A stretch of DNA of 64,000 nt from Bigelowiella natans CCMP2755 (lineage: Eukaryota; Protista; Cercozoa), in NCBI GenBank assembly GCA_000320545.1, contig ADNK01000452.1:8261-72260 (forward strand), in the 5' to 3' direction. Within the stretch, counting starts at the first letter, position 1. Each line of letters opens with the position of its first letter. Position numbers and translations under genes: made by a program. Below, piece after piece: positions 39,501 through 50,788 of the stretch. Below the pieces are notes generated by a model, which did no database searches, was not told the DNA's origin, and saw only the letters and a list, made by a program, of their open reading frames with translations.

Positions 39501-40786
39501 AATGGCGTTCAAGGGATTACGTCGCCCTGTTTTTCTCGTGCACAATATTGAGTGGATGCTGGTTCTTGCTTGCTGTGTATTCTTGGCGACTGCGAGACAA
39601 ATTCGACGACTTCTGGAGTGCCTCGATGCTGTCATTCGCAAACGACATTTGTTTCCGCGCCTTCTCCATCTTTTACATGGATGCCTTCATCCTGTCCCCA
39701 TTTTGTGCGTGGTGCTGCTTTTGCATTCGAAGCAAAATTAAGGAGGAAGAGCTCAAGGAGATGAGATCGGGTGGAGACAGCGTATACGAGGGACACATCG
39801 TCACGCTGAAGTTCAAGGCTGGTAACGACATTGGGTTCACGTATCAGTCCTGCCGGGTGGTAGAGGTGGAAGAAAGCACACAGGCAATGCGCGCGGGTGT
39901 TCAAAAAGGCTGGAAGATCCTCAGGATGGGGGATAGTGATGAATTAGATGGCCCTACGAGATGCCCTGATTTGAGCACAGACAAAGATATTAGAATTCGA
40001 CTGTATATTTTGCATCGCACGCGAGACACGTTCTCGGTGGTATTTGAGAAGCCTATGGAGCGGAAGTTCCAAGCGCGTAGGAAGATGGAGGGAAACTTTA
40101 TCTCTGAGGATTCCGATTCCAGCAGTGTGAAGCCTACGGAGCGGAAGTTGCAAGCGCGTAGGAAGATGGAGGGAAACTTTATCTCTGAGGATTCCGATTC
40201 CAGCAGCGAGTTTTCTTTTTTCTCCAATCTTACAGACAATGATCCCAGATTGTACTTGCCTCCTCAAGATTCCCGGCCAACATCACGTCAAGCATGGGCT
40301 TCTTCGCATGTTCGAGAAGCTGTAGTTCGTGAAAGAACGAAGCCTACGGAGCGGAAGTTCCAAGCGCGTAGGAAGATGGAGGGAAACTTTATCTCTGAGG
40401 ATTCCGATTCCAGCAGTGAGAAGCCTACGGAGCGGAAGTTGCAAGCGCGTAGGAAGATCGAGAGAACCTCTATTTCTGAGGATTCCGATTCCACCAGAGA
40501 GTTTTCTTTTTTCTCCAATCTTACAGACAATGATCCCAGATTGTACTTGCCTCCTCAAGATTCCCGGCCAACATCACGTCAAGCATGGGCTTCTTCGCAT
40601 GTTCGAGAAGCTGTAAAGAAGAATAATGGTGATGCAGTTGGTGAAACAAAGAAGCGAATCCAAGCACAGGCTCGCACAAATGCTCTCCGCAATTTTCTGG
40701 AACTCTCTAAGGCAGAGGTGAAGGATTTTGATGCATCTGATCGTAGCACCTCTTCCGACACCGATGAACCTGATGATGCACTTTGA
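25687..40786 (+). CDS. Polycystin-1-like GAIN/GPS adhesion receptor: signal peptide, PT/SPT stalk, C-type lectin, CUB-like, PTKY repeats, RCC1-like repeats with LamG inserts, REJ, GPS, 5 TM, PDZ
   Basis: Signal peptide MNLSIFVLLALLSHVGG. CTL: FWQANRFC..QLASVHSNAE..WVWLDGSRWDF..FFC. CUB-like: CQFSVPGNV|IEFSRLELAPQNSIKVYEG. RCC1-like: AFAALLKDGTVVCWG..HGG. LamG: FDGQNDYVSLP..FSIAVWAK. REJ: LVIAPNVLVPGRTYEF..NSSPRLGHC..TRFRLWCRDWSD. GPS: CKYW..W..G..AVCSAKHLTAF. PKD1-like KHVWTSIF..TSAKRVVVL. PDZ: IGFTYQSCRVVEVEESTQAMRAGVQKGWKILRM. Confidence 0.85.
25935..26280 (+). repeat. Tandem duplication (~200 bp period) of an exon-intron unit
   Basis: Introns 25954-26036 and 26154-26234 are near-identical (gtaagaatgcatagc...acag) and the flanking exon sequence is also duplicated. 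Confidence 0.9.
26795..26985 (+). repeat. Coding 60-bp tandem repeat x3 (SPSTTSPSTCAPSSLAPTSC)
   Basis: Near-identical copies of tctaccacctcgccctctacctgcgcgccatcctccctagctccaacatcatgcagccct. Confidence 0.95.
29227..29385 (+). repeat. Coding 12-bp tandem repeat (PTKY)n
   Basis: Unit ccgacgaaatac with variants, about 13 tetrapeptide units. Confidence 0.95.
35521..35599. repeat. Intronic compound microsatellite (CT)n(CA)n(GA)n forming an inverted repeat
   Basis: Read directly from the sequence; the (CT)n and (GA)n arms are complementary. Confidence 0.9.
39250..39400 (+). repeat. Coding 27-bp tandem repeat (RGKSRLNLA), about 5 copies
   Basis: Repeats of cggggaaagtctcgactaaaccttgcc in the loop between TM3 and TM4 of the receptor. 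Confidence 0.95.
40049..40615 (+). repeat. Hierarchical coding duplication in receptor tail: ~80-bp unit x2 plus unique block, whole module (~290 bp) duplicated
   Basis: KP(M/T)ERK(F/L)QARRK-ISEDSDS occurs 4 times and EFSFFSNLTDNDPRLYLPPQDSRPTSRQAWASSHVREAV occurs twice. Confidence 0.95.
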
Positions 40787-41409
40787 GTTTCTTTGTGTAA
40801 TGACTAGAATGAAAAAACGTACCCGTACGTATTGTGTGCCAGCACAGCCACCATGTTGATATATATAGTGCATGCTGCATGATCCACTGCTAGACTGACA
40901 ACGAGCAAGCGCTTTTGTGGTGTTGTGCAAACCCAAATGTGCATCATCACATGTGCTGTGAAAAAGTGCACCGCAATGGCATGAAATGGAGTGCAGCCGT
41001 CTAATGCAAGCGAGACAGCCACGATACAGCATCTAGAACTTGCTAGCTTGTCAACAAGCCTAGATATGCGTACGAATTTCATTCTTGTTCTTTGTTTTGA
41101 CCCAAACTGTGCTTGCAATGAAAGCTGGCAGTGTGGCACGCTAGCACGGTAGTTGATGGTGATTGTGCATTGCATGGGCCATGCAAAGATATTTGTGCAA
41201 GTAGTGCATTGATTTGGTGAAGAAGGGTACAAATGATGGACTTCAGCGGACGGATGGACATCTGCGTGATGTGCCCATGCCAAATATGTAGGCAACATGC
41301 TACACTTATTTCAATGCCTTTCGCAAGGCAAGCTTTGCAGGTTTTTCATACACGTACAGTAACAGCTGCGAGCTGACGTGACAATTTCACTACAGGCAAT
41401 TCATAACAA

Positions 41410-43182
41410 CTACACACTGCTCAAATTTGATAATCGAACCGTCACCGCCGATGGTCTGCTGCTGGACTGCTCACCAGCCATGGCATGCTCACTATGATCA
41501 CCACTATTACCACCATTCCCGCTGCATTTATCCCCTGCTACCGTTGTTATGTCAGCAGCTTCTACGAAGTCTGCCGCCGTTTGCCGATGACCGCGAGGGC
41601 ACATAGTCGCAGCAGGCCTTTCCCCTGTCAAGGATTCCGATGGGGAGACACCAAAGGACACTTCCTTTTTGCCGCTGATATTTCCATTCGGATAATCGTG
41701 AATCTTCTTATCATCCGTGGAATGCTTGAGCTCGACGACCGGGTCACCGTCCTTCCAGATAGCGTCTGTGTTTCCTTTCACTTCCTCGTCACGGCGATGA
41801 CTGGGTGATTCAAAGCGCCTGGCCGCGGCGTTGGCGAGGCTGCGGCTCTTCTTGGGTTCATGCTTATGCAATGTGACGACAGATTTGTAGTACAATTTTT
41901 CTCTGTTATTATCTGCCTCTACCTCCTCCCATGACTTAAACGCAAAGCCAGTAGCAGCAGCGATCACATAGAGCAGGTTCAACCCCCCCCAGAACACGAC
42001 GAACACTATGGCGCATAGGATGTCTAATCCCCGCGCTGCTGCGTCTGAGATGAAGAATACAAATACGGCCTCGAGCGCCACGAAGGCCATGAGGAGGTAT
42101 ATGCACAGGATGTACATATCCATCACCTTGGTTAATGCGATTCGCCGCCACCGCCGCCACCAGCAAAAACAACACAGCAGCAAATGGGGAGAAGATGTAT
42201 GTCGTTAAAGAGCACTAGCGTAGACACACATAAATGCGACACAGCTATACTCGCATCGCAATCATCAGTCAATGGAAGCCGCCTCTCCGCAGCAAAAGAA
42301 GAGCAGCGGCGGCACTGGCAGTAGGCGTCGGGGCTAGTGGGATGAGGGGGGTCAATATTATTCGCAGCATTATTACCGTCGTATAGGATATGATCGGAAG
42401 CACCGAGGATATCCACAGCTTGAACGCGACGATCGTCAGCAGCAGCCTGATGACCAGCGTCAGCCTCGCCTCGAGATTCCTCTCCGAGTCCACGTCGAAC
42501 AAGAACGCCCCGGCCCCAATCATCGTGATGATGAAGGCTGGCAGCACCATATTGAGGAAGTAGAAGTTCTGGTAGCGTTGCACTCGAGCGATAAACTGTA
42601 TCACGCCGCCATCCAGGTCGTAAGTCACCGTTGCTTCCTGGCTACAGTATCTGTATGCATAGGGGCAAGAATCGGCGAGACCGATGACGGAGGGAGGGGA
42701 GAAGGAGGAGGAAGAGGAGAACGGGAGCAGCTTAGAGGAGTGAGCACAACAATAATCGCACAACCCCCTTCAAATCCCTCATCAAGCACAATCAACAGGA
42801 TATCATATATTTATACAAATGCATAGGAAGGGGTGTGTGCGCCTCCTCCTCCCCCCCCTCCTCATCCTCGTCGTCGTCGTCGTCGTCGTCGTTGTGCGCA
42901 TCATCATCCCTATCATCATTCACTGTGCTGCACGATATATGGTGTCGCACGGACTCCGCTCTGGCTCGCGCGGCAAGCTTGATGTGGCATTGCGACTCGT
43001 TGAGGTGCGAAGGGAGCTTCCATTTGTCCGGCGGCTTCTCACAGAACACCCAATCGCCGGTGTCAACAAGCAGCGGGATGTGGAGCAGCTGGCGGTCAAA
43101 CGGAAAGCGACCCAGCTCCATCTCCTCTTCGAGACTATCGTTAGCCCGTCCCCATTACCACGTACACATACACACAGAGAGA

Positions 43183-43219
<37 letters not shown>

Positions 43220-45605
43220 CGCACGCCACACATTCGCACATAGTACAATAAGTTTAATGATAGCTGCTTAACTTTCATTTATTTACTGAATCTAATAGAT
43301 GGATGGATGGATGGATGGGACAGCGTTTTCTCTGCCGCCGCCGCCTCCTCTCTAATCGATTTGCCACCACCCCCCCAACTCTGTACCACCACCCCACCAA
43401 TTGGTAGCTCTGCTGCTGCTGGTTCCTGACCTGATGCTGAGTTTGTAGCGCCCATGAACTACACCAACTTGCGAGTAGAAATCCTCCTCCCGGTGCGTGA
43501 TCACAAGCGACCGGCCTAGGCCGTTGGCAAACAACCGGTTGAACGACAACGGAAGCCGATCTTCTCCCTTCCTCGTCAGGGCGATGGGGCATCTCGGAAA
43601 GCAGCGCACGTCGGTGTCTTTGTCGTCGTCCATGATTGGAATCGCGCGCTTTTCCGCGAAGATGTCCGGGTCCTTCCAGAAGATGTTGAGTTCGCACGCA
43701 ATGGAGAACTTCTCCATCTGTAGGTTTATTTCCTGTCAACCCATCAACCAAGGACGCTCAGCACGCAAGGCGGAAACCATCGCCACCACCGCCAACCCCA
43801 CCGTGAAAGAGAAAGAGGAAGAAGGAAGGGGGGTGCTTTGCTGTGGGCGAGTGTTCGCTGAGGGGAGTGCAGTAGCATTTCTTACCGTTACTTCGATATC
43901 TAAATGCAAGAAAACTTTGGACTTGGGGATCACTTTCACGACCAATTTTGGAGGAAAAGCAACCGAGAGACTATTTCCCCTAGTCCTCTTGTTGTTTTTC
44001 CTCGTTCCCTCCTCCTGCATAAGCCGGGTAAGACGAAGGATGTCACTGTTCTTCTGACTCTCATCGCGGTAGGCTCCCTCTATGAAGTAGTTGTTCTTGC
44101 CGTCGCTTGCAAAATCTCTGTGCAGATCGTAAAGCAGCAATGGCCTGCTCTTGTAGTAATCTGGAGATGAGTAATGATAGGAGGAGGAGGAGGAGGAGGA
44201 GGAGGAGGAGGAGGAGGGGGGGTGACAACAGGTTTAGACAACATAACATATGAAGTTAGAATAAAGTGGAGAGGGCAGAAGAAATATATACATGTACAGC
44301 AGCTGCGACTATTTGTCCACCACCCCCTTTTTCTTCTTTATCATCATCATTATCAACATCATCATCGCCATCAGCATTACCACTTCAATCTACACTATCT
44401 AGCAGCAGATTGTTCATACATTCCTGATGAGGTTGACGGCCAGACAACCTACATTCCTTCAGCTTCGACGGCTCCTTCGGCCAAACGAGAAAGAACTTCT
44501 TCCGCACTTCTCCCTCTCCCCCTTCTTTCTCCTCTTTCTCAACCTTACAAATGAGTTTCCATCCTGCTATTCGGAGATATCTGCTGTCTTTTTGAACGAT
44601 GCCCTCATACTCCTTCCGTATGGACAGCTTGTTCGAGAAGTTCTGGAATCGCAGATCGAGCAAGGTGAGGATGTGGCCTAGCTTGGAGATCCCAATAGCC
44701 CTAAGATCATCCTTTTCTAGCTCCAGCATCTGGGAACCGCTGATTTCGTTCTTTCTGTAGTGAGAAGGACAGTGACCGTGGAGTACAATTATTTGGCAGA
44801 TTATGGTCGTGGAATAATGTGAAAAGGGAGGCGAAGTCAGAAAGATGCGAGGAAGGGCAGGAAAAGTAGTGCGGCGGGCAAGACAAAAATCTCTTTGTTA
44901 GAAACCTGACCTGAAGATCTCCGCGTAACCAAGGCCAGGAAAAGTTTTCTCTACTACTTCTGCTAAAGCTTGGATATCAAGGTTTTCGATGGTCGAGTCG
45001 TGCTGCATCTGTCGCAATCTCTGGCTACCAAGCGACTCACAGTCGTGGCCAACTTCTCCCGTACCCCCGGAGTTTGCAGCTGCTGCCAGAGCGGCAAGAC
45101 TTTCATCGATATAACTCACAGACTTCTTTCGCCTCAACTGCATGTAAATGATTACTGTGTTTGTTCCTCAAAGGAAGTGGGGCAAATAATGTCGGATGTA
45201 ATCGCTCACCATCGTGAACTTTGGGAACATGTGTCTTGGACCTTAGCGAGGAGGACAGATTCGTTTGAACAGCAGTAATACCGAGTCACAACGTACAGAC
45301 TTATTTACATATTCAAAAAACAGAAATTAGTCAAAGCTGTCACAGACTCATCGCCAAGCCCTTCCTCTCTAGTCTACAGCCAATGGAAGGAGTGCCACAG
45401 CTTGCCCCTCGGACCTTACTGGTCTTCGGATATCCGCAGTCTACGCGGACTTAGATGTGCCCTGCAGGTAGTTCGGGTAATCATGGGGGCGACGAAATTG
45501 AATTAGACCCGAATGATGTGGGAGGTCGAAATGAAAGGTACAAGTAGTTCGCACGACGATGGGGTGATGAGCTTCCATGAACAGCTTGTACTCTTGGAGC
45601 ACCAT
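41410..45605 (-). CDS. Cys-less (Pro-loop) pentameric ligand-gated ion channel subunit with N-terminal SAM domain
   Basis: SAM: LAEVVEKTFPGLGYAEIFR|KNEISGSQMLELEKDDLRAIGISKLGHILTLL. ECD: FSIACELNIFWKDP and Pro-loop ELGRFPFDRQ. Pre-M1/M1: RVQRYQNFYFLNMVLP. M2: EARLTLVIRLLLTIVAF, then LPIISYT. M3: MDMYILCIY. M4: LDILCAIVFVVFWGGLN. The 5' exons are tentative. Confidence 0.85.
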
Positions 45606-46057
45606 GAAATCCCGGCAGTAACCGTGATTCAGAGCATTTCACGCCCCTTCAGTTGGACGGTTTTAGGCCAAAACCCGTAATCACGGTGCTCAGTCGGGGG
45701 AAAACTTCGTTCGGGCCCTGGTCGTACTCGTTGTTGGGGCGATGATTACGCAGCTCGCGAACGTAATCCCTGGGTCTCTGGTTAATACCCGATATTCTCA
45801 GGGATTCGGATGAGGACGTTGGTATTGGCATTTGAATGACTGTATCGTCACTTGTTGAGAAAATGAGAAACATTTTCTCCCGGAGACGTGTCGAAAGCCT
45901 TAGAATGTCTTCGGCTTGTAAAATATCGAGAGTTCTTTGGATGCGACACATGAAATATGGGCTGGAAGTAGTTAAATCTCCTTTGTACGAATCGAAATAT
46001 GCCATTAAAATCTGAAATCCTACGTTGTGAAAGCACAATCCAACTGCTGCGCCCGTA

Positions 46058-47333
46058 ATGCCCACCTCTGCTATTGCGAAGCCTATCCAGGACAACGATT
46101 GTGCCAAGGTCTGCATTCATAGTCATTGTTATGGAGATTAGCCTCACAGATGTTCCCTTCTCCATAGGGGCCTATCGTAGAAGCAACGTCGGACAAGAAT
46201 GGCAGCAATATTATCATAGCTGTTGCTCTTCTCGTCCTTTACTTTGGCATGAACCTTGTTTTCAATATCTACAACAAGTGGCTTTTCAACGGACCATTAC
46301 CTGCGCCAGTATTTGTCACAGCAACCCATCAGGTTGACACTGTACAGACTGCACGATGAAGCTCGAGCTAATAATTAATATATGTAAATTAGGTGTTTTG
46401 CTTCGCCGGTGCTCTCCTTGCGGCGTGCTGTGCTCCAGACAGCTGGTACAAACGCACTCCTCTCGAAGGCAGCGGTAGTGCAGCTACCTTGTTCTCCCCT
46501 GCTATCTCAAACCTAACATTTAGTTTACTTTCTCAGCAATGATCACGAAATTGATGATCATTCCATTCGGTTTCTGTATGAACATCGGGCTAAATAACAT
46601 CTCGTTACTATTCTGCACGTTGGCTCTGAACCAGTTGATTAGATCGTTTGCCCCTGTCACTGTTGCGATCGCTTCCTACTTCATCGAGGGAAAAAGCTAC
46701 TCATTCCCTAAACAAGCTACCCTGGCTTTTCTGGTCCTAGGCATTGTTCTTGGCGTGTCCTCATCACCTGACTTTGAGTTCCTTGGATTCATCATCTGTA
46801 CCGCATCCGTGGTCGGATCTACCCTTCAAGTTGTTTTGACTGGCTATTTCATGGGTGGCCAAAAAGTAACGTTGCATGTCTTCGATATCCTCCTCTACAC
46901 CGCTATTCCCTGCATAGCATTCCTTATCCCCATGGCCTACTTGGTCGGTGATCACATCAAACTTATTGAGGCCTTCGAAGCCCATGGACCCGCTCAATTC
47001 TTCGGACTTGTATTTGCGGGTGGCCTCATGGCGTTCTCGTATAACATCATTACGATCTGCCTGATCAAATTCACCTCCTCCGTCTACTACGCGGTAGCAG
47101 GGGGCTTCAAGGTGTGCCTTGTCATTGGAATGTCTTTCGTATTCTTTGACCAAAAGATCTCGACCTTGTCATTCATCGGAATAATCATATCGTGCATGGC
47201 ATTCGTTGGAAACTCGTACCTCACTTTCAGAGAGAAACAGCAGAAGAAGGAACAAGTTCAGCGGAAGTCTCTCGAAGAGGAGAACGAAGGATTGCTCAGC
47301 GGAAAGCAGAAAGTTGTTCAGGAGAGCGTGTAG
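46058..47333 (+). CDS. Triose-phosphate/nucleotide-sugar transporter (TPT, SLC35E-like; DMT superfamily)
   Basis: YFGMNLVFNIYNKWLF..PVFVTATHQ, NIGLNNISL..NQLIRSFAP and TSSVYYAVAGGFK motifs; about 10 TM segments; three short introns. Confidence 0.9.
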
Positions 47334-48176
47334 GCAGCGCTTCTGGCGACTCAATTTGCTATGAATATTTCCACATTACTTGGCCCGTTCAATTAAGTCG
47401 TCATGCTAAGAAATTGAAACATTCCCCCCCAATTCCGTGTGCCTTCCCACTAATTATGAAGTTCGCTAAAATTCAAAGTTTTTTAATTAATGGAGAATGA
47501 GATGTTTATTTTGAAGGATAGATCTTTGCTAGCATGCTGCACTATACTACTAGACTAGACTAGTGTATGGGATGATCATTCCTAGATTTTGTGTGCTATA
47601 TCAGCAATCTCACACAGCTTGAATTGCGTTGAGAATTGCAACGAGCGAGTTGATGAAGAGTGCTAGAATGTTGCATGCAAATCTAGCTAGCACGCTCTAG
47701 AGCTCTAAGCCTGCCCTCTAGCTAGCGCTGGCTAAAGTCACATAAGTGAGCTTGGACGAACATATGCATATCTGGACATGCTAGCATGATAAAAAAAAGA
47801 ACACTCATCGTAATGTTTAAATTGTTGACAACGTGCACTTATTCGCTCACTGTTTTGGTTAAAATGCTGCAAATTAGGTGCGTCGCGCTGCATTCTCACG
47901 TTCGACTAGCTAGCTAGTTCGTGTACATGTTCCAAACATGACTGCGCGCGCTGTCTATGTAGCTGTGGTGATTGTGGACATCTAGACATGATGTAACCCC
48001 GCTGCTGTCTTGCTGTGTCCTTACACAACCTCGCGCAAAAAATGCCAAGCTCTTGCACTGATACTTGACCAATTATGTTGCACGTTTATCCAAGCTATCA
48101 AGCTGTGCACATGATGTGAATGCGCGTGCATGCTGTGGTTACGTTAGCATGCATATAGCTTTGCTCAATGTGTTTT

Positions 48177-49511
48177 TTAATCCTCCCCACCGCCCCACCT
48201 CATCCAGTGTCTTCTTTTGGGCTTGCACTTCCTATTAACGGCCCTAGGTACTGGAATACCTGTCGGAATCTCCACTCTGAAGGTGGACGCAGATGTGGTG
48301 GAAGCTTTCGGTCCAGCGTGGTAGTGATTCGTGCATGTGTGCCAAAGGGTGGAGAAACAGTCCATATCTATTAAGTTGCCGAAATAATGGTGGTAAAAGA
48401 TAGGGAAGATTAGAGTAGCTGTTGTATGTTCCACGCTCAGCATGTGCTAAAGGGGGGGTTGAAGGCAGCATAAGGTTATGAATCGATGTCAATGTGATAT
48501 CAACTACACATAATCGACCTCTCCATCCTCCTCAACCTCATTCTTCCTCTCCTTTCCAGCCCCTGACGATGGTAACGGCCTGATGATCATCCTTTGCCAT
48601 GCCAAAAGGGGATAGTCATCCTCTGAGTAGGGTATGCTCTCAGCTTTTGCGTATCGCACAGAAATACGTCTTTTGGTCCTGTTCAGGTCCTCCTCGCTCG
48701 CTCGTTCCGTCAGAGCTTGGAACGCTCCCACTGCCATTTCACGGGAAGGAAAGCAAATGTTACAGAGGTCATCGTCCAGCCACTCGACCTTATATAAATG
48801 GTGGAAAGTCATTGTTGGGGTAGCACTAGTAAGGGCAGTGTTACATAATTATTATTTGGGTATAGAAAAGGATTTCGTGTTAGTGGTAATAGGAGTAACA
48901 GCGCCAACAACAGCAACTCTTTTTTTGGGTTAAACGCTACAAACCTTAGTCGGGTTGAAGCCACGAAAGAGCGCCAGAACATCCCGCGTCTTCATGTTTA
49001 CGAACATTTCACGGGGCTGCATGACAACACGGTGACAAGAGGTTGTGATGAAATATCCTACCAATGATGAGTGATGATGGCGACTAAAACAAGAGAGGCT
49101 GATGATGATGGAGATGAAAGTTCTACTTATGAACTAAGTTTATGCACGCTGCTCAAATAGACCCCAATTCTTTCCTCTGTACTATGATATTATGGTCCTC
49201 CCCCCCCCCCTCGCTACTTTCATTGTAATAGTTCCTCGTGATGTCTCACCGCCCAAATCGTGAGTTTGCTCCATAGGCGGGGAATCCCTACGTCAATGTC
49301 ACACGGCAGCATTTCGGAGATGTAGTATTCCAACCGGCGGCTAAGAGCAATATCCTTGTTGTCCTCGTCGCCACCACCACTGCCATAATCACCACCGCTG
49401 TTACCAACACCTCCTGTATCCGTTTCGATATTCTCATCTGCAATGCTAAGACCTCCGTCGTTACCAAGGGAGGCATCGATGCTGTCAAGAATTCCCGAAA
49501 ACTGTATGAAA

Positions 49512-49560
<49 letters not shown>

Positions 49561-50038
49561 TGAGGAGGAACTCGACGAGAAAAGATCGACACTCGGCGAA
49601 CAAAAGCTCTGACTGTTCTTGTCAGCTAGTGGAACCTGCGTTGCCAAGCGCGTCACACGTCGTTTCTTCGCTTGGCGCTGACAATAGTATGTCACCAATA
49701 CAACGTTAATTGTTCGTGCTAACCCTGTGTGAGTGTAACAAACACTAGGAGGACAATTTCAAGCTTTACCACATGTAGCATCATTCTATCCATGACTAAG
49801 TGACCTGAATCTTCCTCTGTTCCTCAGTAATATTATAATTTATCGGTGGCAAGGAAGACGACGACGATGACGGTTCGGTCAAATGTGGAGAACGCGACGA
49901 CTGCCTTAGATAGCACCCTAAGCACTCCTGATAGAGTATGCAAATATTGTGTGATCGTTAAAGCGATATATCTTATTTTCCAGATGCAACGATTGCAACA
50001 ACGTCCAGAAATAAAACCGTCAGCGACATGCGTTAGGA

Positions 50039-50089
<51 letters not shown>

Positions 50090-50630
50090 TTCGCGCGCGC
50101 CTTCGTACCTCATAACCAGCCTGACGAACAAGATGGCACGTGCAAGGGGGTATGCTGGTATTGTTTGCAGCAACACCATATTCACGGGAAGCTAATCCCT
50201 TGGCTGACGGTCTATAACCCATCTGCCGTAACCATCTCGCCTCCGTTACTGGTTTCTCGACCCCGCTGCTACTACTACTGCTAGCATGGCTTCCTGATGT
50301 GTATGAGCATCTATATTTCAGACTGAGATCAGCAGATTGGGAATTATGAGCCACGACGCGCGCCTGCCGCACCAGCTTGAGATGGAGGCGTTTGATCCTT
50401 CATCTCCTGCGTCCGCTTTCTCATCCACGTGCGAGCTGTGTGCTTGGGGAGGGCGGTGACGTTGGTGCCGAGCACCCGATGGCTGGGCAAGTGGGGATGT
50501 AGGTGTTAAAACAGTGATGTCGTCGTTAACGTTGTCGCATGTGCAGAACTCCCTCCTTCCAAGAATATCAGGCGGCCAGGATTCTCTATTTCTTAAAACC
50601 CAAACTGCTTTTGCAATGGTTCGGATCATA
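48177..50630 (-). CDS. NCBP3-like RRM protein; both ends uncertain
   Basis: Spliced NMKTRDVLALFRGFNPTK|VEWLDDDLCNICFPSREMAVGAFQAL (~48715-49020) matches the NCBP3 RRM pattern (M.T.DI..YF...P..IEW.DD.SCN.V). Outer exons are tentative. Confidence 0.6.
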
Positions 50631-50788
50631 AATGCATGGCGATTTGACCGAGCGTCAAGGGCCAAAACGCAAACACCGATGGCATCTGGCCGCTGAATTC
50701 TGGAGTGACCCTACGACATACGTAACTCGTATCCCGAGGTATCACTTTTCCAGGCTGCGTCATCACCCTCCCTCCCTCTCCCCCCTCG

